Of a DNA stretch of 64,000 nucleotides, positions 59,201 to 64,000 are shown one piece after another; position 1 is the first letter of the stretch; each line of letters opens with the position of its first letter. The stretch is from Vitrella brassicaformis CCMP3155. Its lineage: Eukaryota > Protista > Chromerida. The translations under genes were made by a program, and so were the position numbers. Location: contig CDMY01000407.1 in NCBI GenBank assembly GCA_001179505.1, positions 21,386 through 85,385 of the forward strand, given 5' to 3'. The notes under the pieces are model-generated. The model worked only from the letters and a program-made list of their open reading frames with translations. It had not been told where the DNA came from and did no database searches.

Positions 59201-62200
59201 GGTCTTCCACATCGTTTGGGTCTTCCTCATTGCTTGGTGAAGACTCGCCGAGCGACTGATAAGGAGACAGGCAAGGAGTACACGTCAGTGTCTCTTCCTG
59301 TCGCCAACTTCTCTCGCGCGCCGTATACCTTGGTAAAGGGTCTGCGTGTGGCACGTTTCTCTCCTGGAAAACTCCAGGTGGGTGAGAATGTAGCACCGAT
59401 GATGGACGAAGTGACGTTTCGAGTGAGGGATGCTGCCTTATTGAGGGGCGCGGACCTCCCGTCGAACGCCACGATTCAAGTCGATCCATCGATCGCTCCT
59501 GATGAACAAGGGAACGATGTCGTCCGTGTTGAGTACACCACACTCTCTCACATGCGCTTGATGTGCGGTCAGGAAGGTGTGCCAGCGCCAAGTCATGTGG
59601 TGGCTGCAGTGTCTCAACGTCAACACGAAGAGACAGAGAGGAAAGAGTGGGTTGGCTCAGTGCACATGAGCTTCCCCGCCAAAGGTGATCCTGATGAGGA
59701 TGATGACATGGCTGTTTCAAGGTAAATGGCTGGCAGTGACCATCTATTAGCTCCTGATCCAAAGGAGATCGACGAAGATGCGCCGATCATTGAGGATGAC
59801 GATGAGTTTGACTCACCAGATGAGATCCCTGAAGAGTATCAGAGGAATGAGGAAGGGCTGTATATCCATCCTGGGCCTGACCCGAAGGAGACACCGCCTG
59901 ATCCTCCATCTAATGAGACATACACAGATGCGCGTGATTGTCCCCACTTCTCCGAGAAAGGGGCGAAGCGATACCAAGAAGAGGATCTGTCTCACGTGGA
60001 CAGAATTCAAATCCCCGTGTATCCTGACGATCCATACGGACAGACCAAAGCATAGGCTGAGGTCATGCACAGTATCGTGTGTGAATACGCTGGGTGCTTC
60101 TCTAGCGATACTGACCCGTATGGGCGTGGCAACCTTGCGTATCATTACATCGATGTGACAGGCCCTCCGCCTCGAGAGCCTGCTCGCGTTCGACGTGATC
60201 CAGAGAAGGCTGACTTTGAGAAGTGGCAAGTCAAAGAGTTCCTTGACTTGGGTTTGGTGCGACCGTCCAGCTTTCCGTATTGCGCTCCAGTAGTGCTTGC
60301 GAAGAAGAAGGATGAGTCGTGGCGATTCTGTTTAGATTATCGTCCGCTGAACGAGATCACAGTGGCCGATAAGTATCCGTTGCCTCGCATTGATGACACT
60401 CTCGATGCATTGGCGGGCAACGTGCATTTCTGTTGCTTGGACCTGGTCAAGGGTTTCCATCAGATTCCTATGGCAGAGAGAGACATACCAAAGACAGCCT
60501 TTGCAGTGGCTGGCATGGGCCAGTTCGAGTATCTGTACCTGCTTATGGGTTTGAAGAACTCGGTGGCTACTTGTCAGCGCTTCATGGAGGTGTGTCTCGC
60601 TGGTCTTCAATGGCAGACATGCCTGGTATACCTTGATGACGTGTGTGTGATAGCACGCACGCATGATGAGTTGTGCACCCGTCTGCGTGAGGTCCTGGAT
60701 CGTGTCAAGTTAGCTGGGATTAAGTTCCAGCCAAAGAAGTGCATTCTGGGCACGCGACGGATGGAATATCTTAGACACATGCTCAGTGCGAAAGGTCTTG
60801 AGCCTGTCGCATCAAAGATACAGGCAGTCAAGGACTGGAAGCTGCCGAAGACACAGAAGGAGCTTCATACCTTCTATGGTCTTTGCTCGTATTACCGCCG
60901 CTTTGTGCCGAATTTTGCAACAATCGCTGCTCCCTTGAGCGCGGCACTCAGCACTAAAGCGCCAAAGACATTCGAATGGACTCCTGAGATGAAGGAGGCG
61001 TTCTGAAAGCTCAAGAAGGCATTGTGTGCCCTCCGATCCTCGCTATGTCTGACTTCAGTCGTACCTTTATCGTGAAGTGCGATGCAAGTGGTGTCGGCGT
61101 TGGAGCTGTCCTCGTGCAGGAAGACGACGACGGCCATGAGCATCCAATTGGATACATCTCAGAGAAGCTTGACGCAACGCGTCAAGCTACGCGTCAAGCT
61201 TGGTGGCCTACACACAAGAGGCCTATGCGTTGTATTGGTCTTGCAAAACGTTCCGTCCGTACCTGGAGGGACGTCACTTCATCGTCAAGACGGATCACTC
61301 TGCACTTCAGTGGATCCGCTCACAACGAGACAGAAACCGGATGATCCAGAATTGAAGCTTGTTGCTTCAAGACATGGATTTCTCTGTGAGACATAAGCAA
61401 GGGTCGATGCACCGTGATGCTGACGCGCTCTCGCGCAAGCATCATGGTCGCTTCGCCAATATCAGTGCACTCATTGGTGCGTCTTTTTGGGATGCATACA
61501 GTGCAGTGGCTGGCCTTGATGAAAATGATCCTTTTCCAGATCCGGTTGATGAGTCAGCGGATGTGGCTGACCCGTTGGAAGGCGAGCCGACAATGTTGTG
61601 GCCGTCGGATGAGGAGGTCTCTCGCATGCAGCAGGAGGACCCCTTCATCGGGCAGATTTATCGATTCTTGGTGCATGATGAAGAGCCGACTGATGCAGCT
61701 GTGTCTCGCATGGTGCACTCGAAAACGAACGAGTTCCTCGTTGATAAAGGGAAGGTATATAGAGTCTTCCATGAGCCGACGCAGTCGTTGGTTCCGTGCT
61801 TGATCGTGCCTCCTCCCCTCGTCGATAAGGTGCTCTATGAGTGCCATGGACACTGCTTTGCCGGTCATCTTGGTTACGAGAGGACGAAGCGCCGTCTCGC
61901 CAATCGGTACTGGTGGCCGAATATGTTGAAGACTGTGCACGAGTGGATTCGCGATTGTCCCGTGTGCCGTGCTGCGAAGCAGCGCAAGACCACACACTGG
62001 CCGATGCGACCCATCCGTGTCAGCAGAGCCTTTGAGTTGGTTGGAATGGATGTCGAAGGACCTGTGACGACGTCACACAAGGGGAATACGTATCTTGTCG
62101 TCTTGGTCGACTACTTGACCAGATGGCCAGAGGTTTACCCAGTGAGCGACACCACTGCGTCCACCATCTCGGAATGCGTGGCGAAGTTCATTGCTGACCA

Positions 62201-63584
62201 CGGTGTCCCAGACGCCATTCTGACAGACAGAGGACCGAATATGATGTCGAGTGAGTTCCAACGTGTGTGTGGTATCTTCCACGCGCATCGGATATTCACC
62301 TCATCATATCATCCGCAGACTGATGGCCTTGTTGAGCGTTTCAATCAGACCATCATTAGGCAGCTGAAACGTATGATTGCGCGGAAAGGAAGGAGTTGGG
62401 AGAAATTTCTTCCTTACGCCTTGTTTGCTTACCGTGTCACTGCTCATCAAGTGACGGGAAAGACACCATTTGAGATGCTGTACCAGCAAGCGCCAAGGCT
62501 CCCTGGTGAGTCTGCGTTAGTTGGTTTGAGCATGGGTCCTGGTGTCGAACCAGAAAAGTATCTCGAAGTGCTGAGACAGGGCTTGGAGGTCATCCAGGAT
62601 GACGCGCGTGCAGCGATGGATAAGCGCCGTGCGAAGTTCGAGGCTGACCAGGAAGCCAAGAAAGCAGGTTTGCCGAAGTATGAGGAAGGGCAGCTTGTCC
62701 GTCTTCATGTCGCCAATCCACCGAAAGGCACGAGTTCCAAGTGGCATTTGCCGTGGCGCTCGATGTTTCGTGTCATTGAATCGTTCAACGACGGCCTGAA
62801 TTACCGAATTCAGCCACTCGGAGGTCGTGGTGCGATGACTGTTCATGTCACTCGATTGGAGCCTGCCTTTCGCAGTCGTTGGTTGATTGAGATGAAGGAT
62901 CGCTCAGGTCGCTTCAGAACAGAGACAGTGACCGACAAGCCTGAGCCACGAACAAACATCGTTGCTGAGGATGAGGAATCAGAACCTTGGGAGGTGCAGT
63001 ACATACTTGATGTGCGAAAGCGCGGAAAGGAGCTCACCGCCAAGTTCGATTTCCTCGTCAAGTGGAATCTATTGCCTGAAAGCCAAGCAGAATGGATTCC
63101 AGAGGAACAACTCGATTGTCCACACTTGGTCAATGAGTTCATGATGAAGAAGCGTACCGTTGATGCCAACAGGGCGTCGAAGAAGTATGAGAAAGTGAAG
63201 AGAGCTGGTGTGCAGCCGAAGGACCATATGGATTGGGTGCCTGACTCAATCCCATTGCCTCGGACAGTGACGGGCCAAAAGCAAGACAGTGTGCCTGCCT
63301 GGCTTGACATCAAAGAGGGTCAAATCCTTCATCTGTATTACCTGCCAAGCAAAGGGCTTCGTTATTGGGTGTCAATTGAGAAGAAGACACCTGAGAAGAT
63401 AGAAGTGCTCTTCTTGCCGAAGAGCTCCAAGGTAGAAGTGGCTGATGGTGTCTATCAGAGCCCTGTGAACAAAGTAGCCGAGTTCTCACGAAAGGAACTT
63501 GAGAATTTCTACTCGTGGGACCTCGTGCCATCTACCTTTCGTAAACCAGAGTCGAGTCGTCAGCCGCGCAGACGGACTGGATAA
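56245..63584 (+). pseudogene. pol: pol polyprotein (unknown region, TM segment, PR, RT, RNase H, IN, chromodomain), interrupted
   Basis: In-frame stops at 58592, 59723, 60053 and 61004. Frame changes near 57600, 61020 and 61350. Catalytic motifs are still readable. Confidence 0.92.
56272..56321 (+). promoter_or_regulatory. -1 programmed ribosomal frameshift signal (gag-pol)
   Basis: G GGA AAC at 56272-56278 in gag phase, 6-nt spacer, 16-bp hairpin at 56285-56321. The -1 frame is open from 56245 to 57654. Confidence 0.85.
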
Positions 63585-63616
63585 GTTTGTTGGCAGCGGG
63601 GACGTGCCAGCTTATT

Positions 63617-63626
63617 GAGGGGCGAG
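63617..63626 (+). other. Polypurine tract
   Basis: GAGGGGCGAG one base before the TG start of the 3' LTR. Confidence 0.7.
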
Positions 63627-63627
63627 C

Positions 63628-63935
63628 TGTGGCGACGCTCGTGGCTTGTATGAACACAGACCACTTGGCCGCTCACAGAATGCCTGACAGCAGCAGAGAC
63701 ACAAGGAGAGAGACGTATCAGATTGGTCTGTATGCGTGCCCTCACTGTGTGTCGTCACGTTGATTTGTATGTATGTGTCGGACACATGCATGCTGATTGA
63801 TGAATGGTTCGTCGTTTGTGATGGGCGACTTGATGGTTGCGCATGATGCGGTCATCGATTGATGGATCCATTCATTGCAAGTTCGCATCGCATACACACA
63901 CGTGTCTACGTTTGTGTGTGTGTCTATCGGGTACA
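63628..63935 (+). repeat. 3' LTR (308 bp, TG...CA)
   Basis: TGTGGCG...GGGTACA, follows the PPT and matches 48055-48361. Confidence 0.88.
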
Positions 63936-64000
63936 ACGTCTGACGCACAGAAAGGATCAGAATGAGAGAGATGTGTGAATGTCTTCGCGTATGTGCGAGG
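63936..64000 (-). other. Fragment of a paralog of gene X (intron plus exon edge)
   Basis: ATCAGAATGAGAGAGATGTGTGAATGTCTTCGCGTATGTGCGAGG matches 50850-50896, which is a minus-strand intron of gene X. Confidence 0.7.

Larger units (their letters stand above)
53368..63935 (+). mobile_element. Ty3/gypsy LTR retrotransposon, chromovirus-type, decayed
   Basis: Order gag (Zn knuckles), PR (LVDTGAD), RT (YPLPRID, YLDD), RNase H (CDASGVGVG), IN (HHCC, D-D-E), chromodomain, PPT and 3' LTR. Confidence 0.97.

Noticed and set aside
58604-60060. Long spacer between protease and RT as a novel domain
   Set aside because: Its beta-rich part (CLVKT...VSLPVANFSRAPYTLVKGLRVA) resembles the PR-RT linker common in many gypsy elements; the rest is low-complexity.
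10933-61006. Frequent in-frame stops as a sign of stop-codon reassignment or readthrough
   Set aside because: Intact genes terminate normally with TGA (aminopeptidase), TAA (Alba) and TAG (SNARE). Internal stops occur only in duplicated or TE sequence alongside frameshifts.

Overview
Intron-rich, GC-rich eukaryotic nuclear DNA with (CA)n/(CCAT)n microsatellite introns and two 300-N gaps (3052-3351, 54394-54693). A nucleus-encoded PsaF and a Der GTPase with bipartite plastid presequences, an apicomplexan-type Alba and axonemal genes point to a photosynthetic alveolate, most likely the chromerid Vitrella (inference). About 14 genes are recognisable: Xaa-Pro aminopeptidase, dynein light chain, BTB protein, Na+/solute symporter, Pho84-type phosphate transporter, Hsp10, CFAP210, PsaF, Qb-SNARE, Der/EngA, makorin-like E3, Alba, a Nnf1-like coiled coil and a flavodoxin-fold quinone reductase. 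There are also several hypothetical genes and pseudogenes, a Tc1/mariner-type MITE, a LINE relic, an isolated LTR and a decayed Ty3/gypsy chromovirus over the last ~10.5 kb. The most striking observation is that the psaF ORF reads, within its last exon, into a complete PsaJ-like peptide (a PsaF-PsaJ fusion). Also notable: the chromovirus has a textbook -1 frameshift signal and a multi-pass membrane segment in front of its protease, and exact 31-33 nt modules are shared between the 5' regions of unrelated genes. All gene models and alignments were made by eye; no searches were run.
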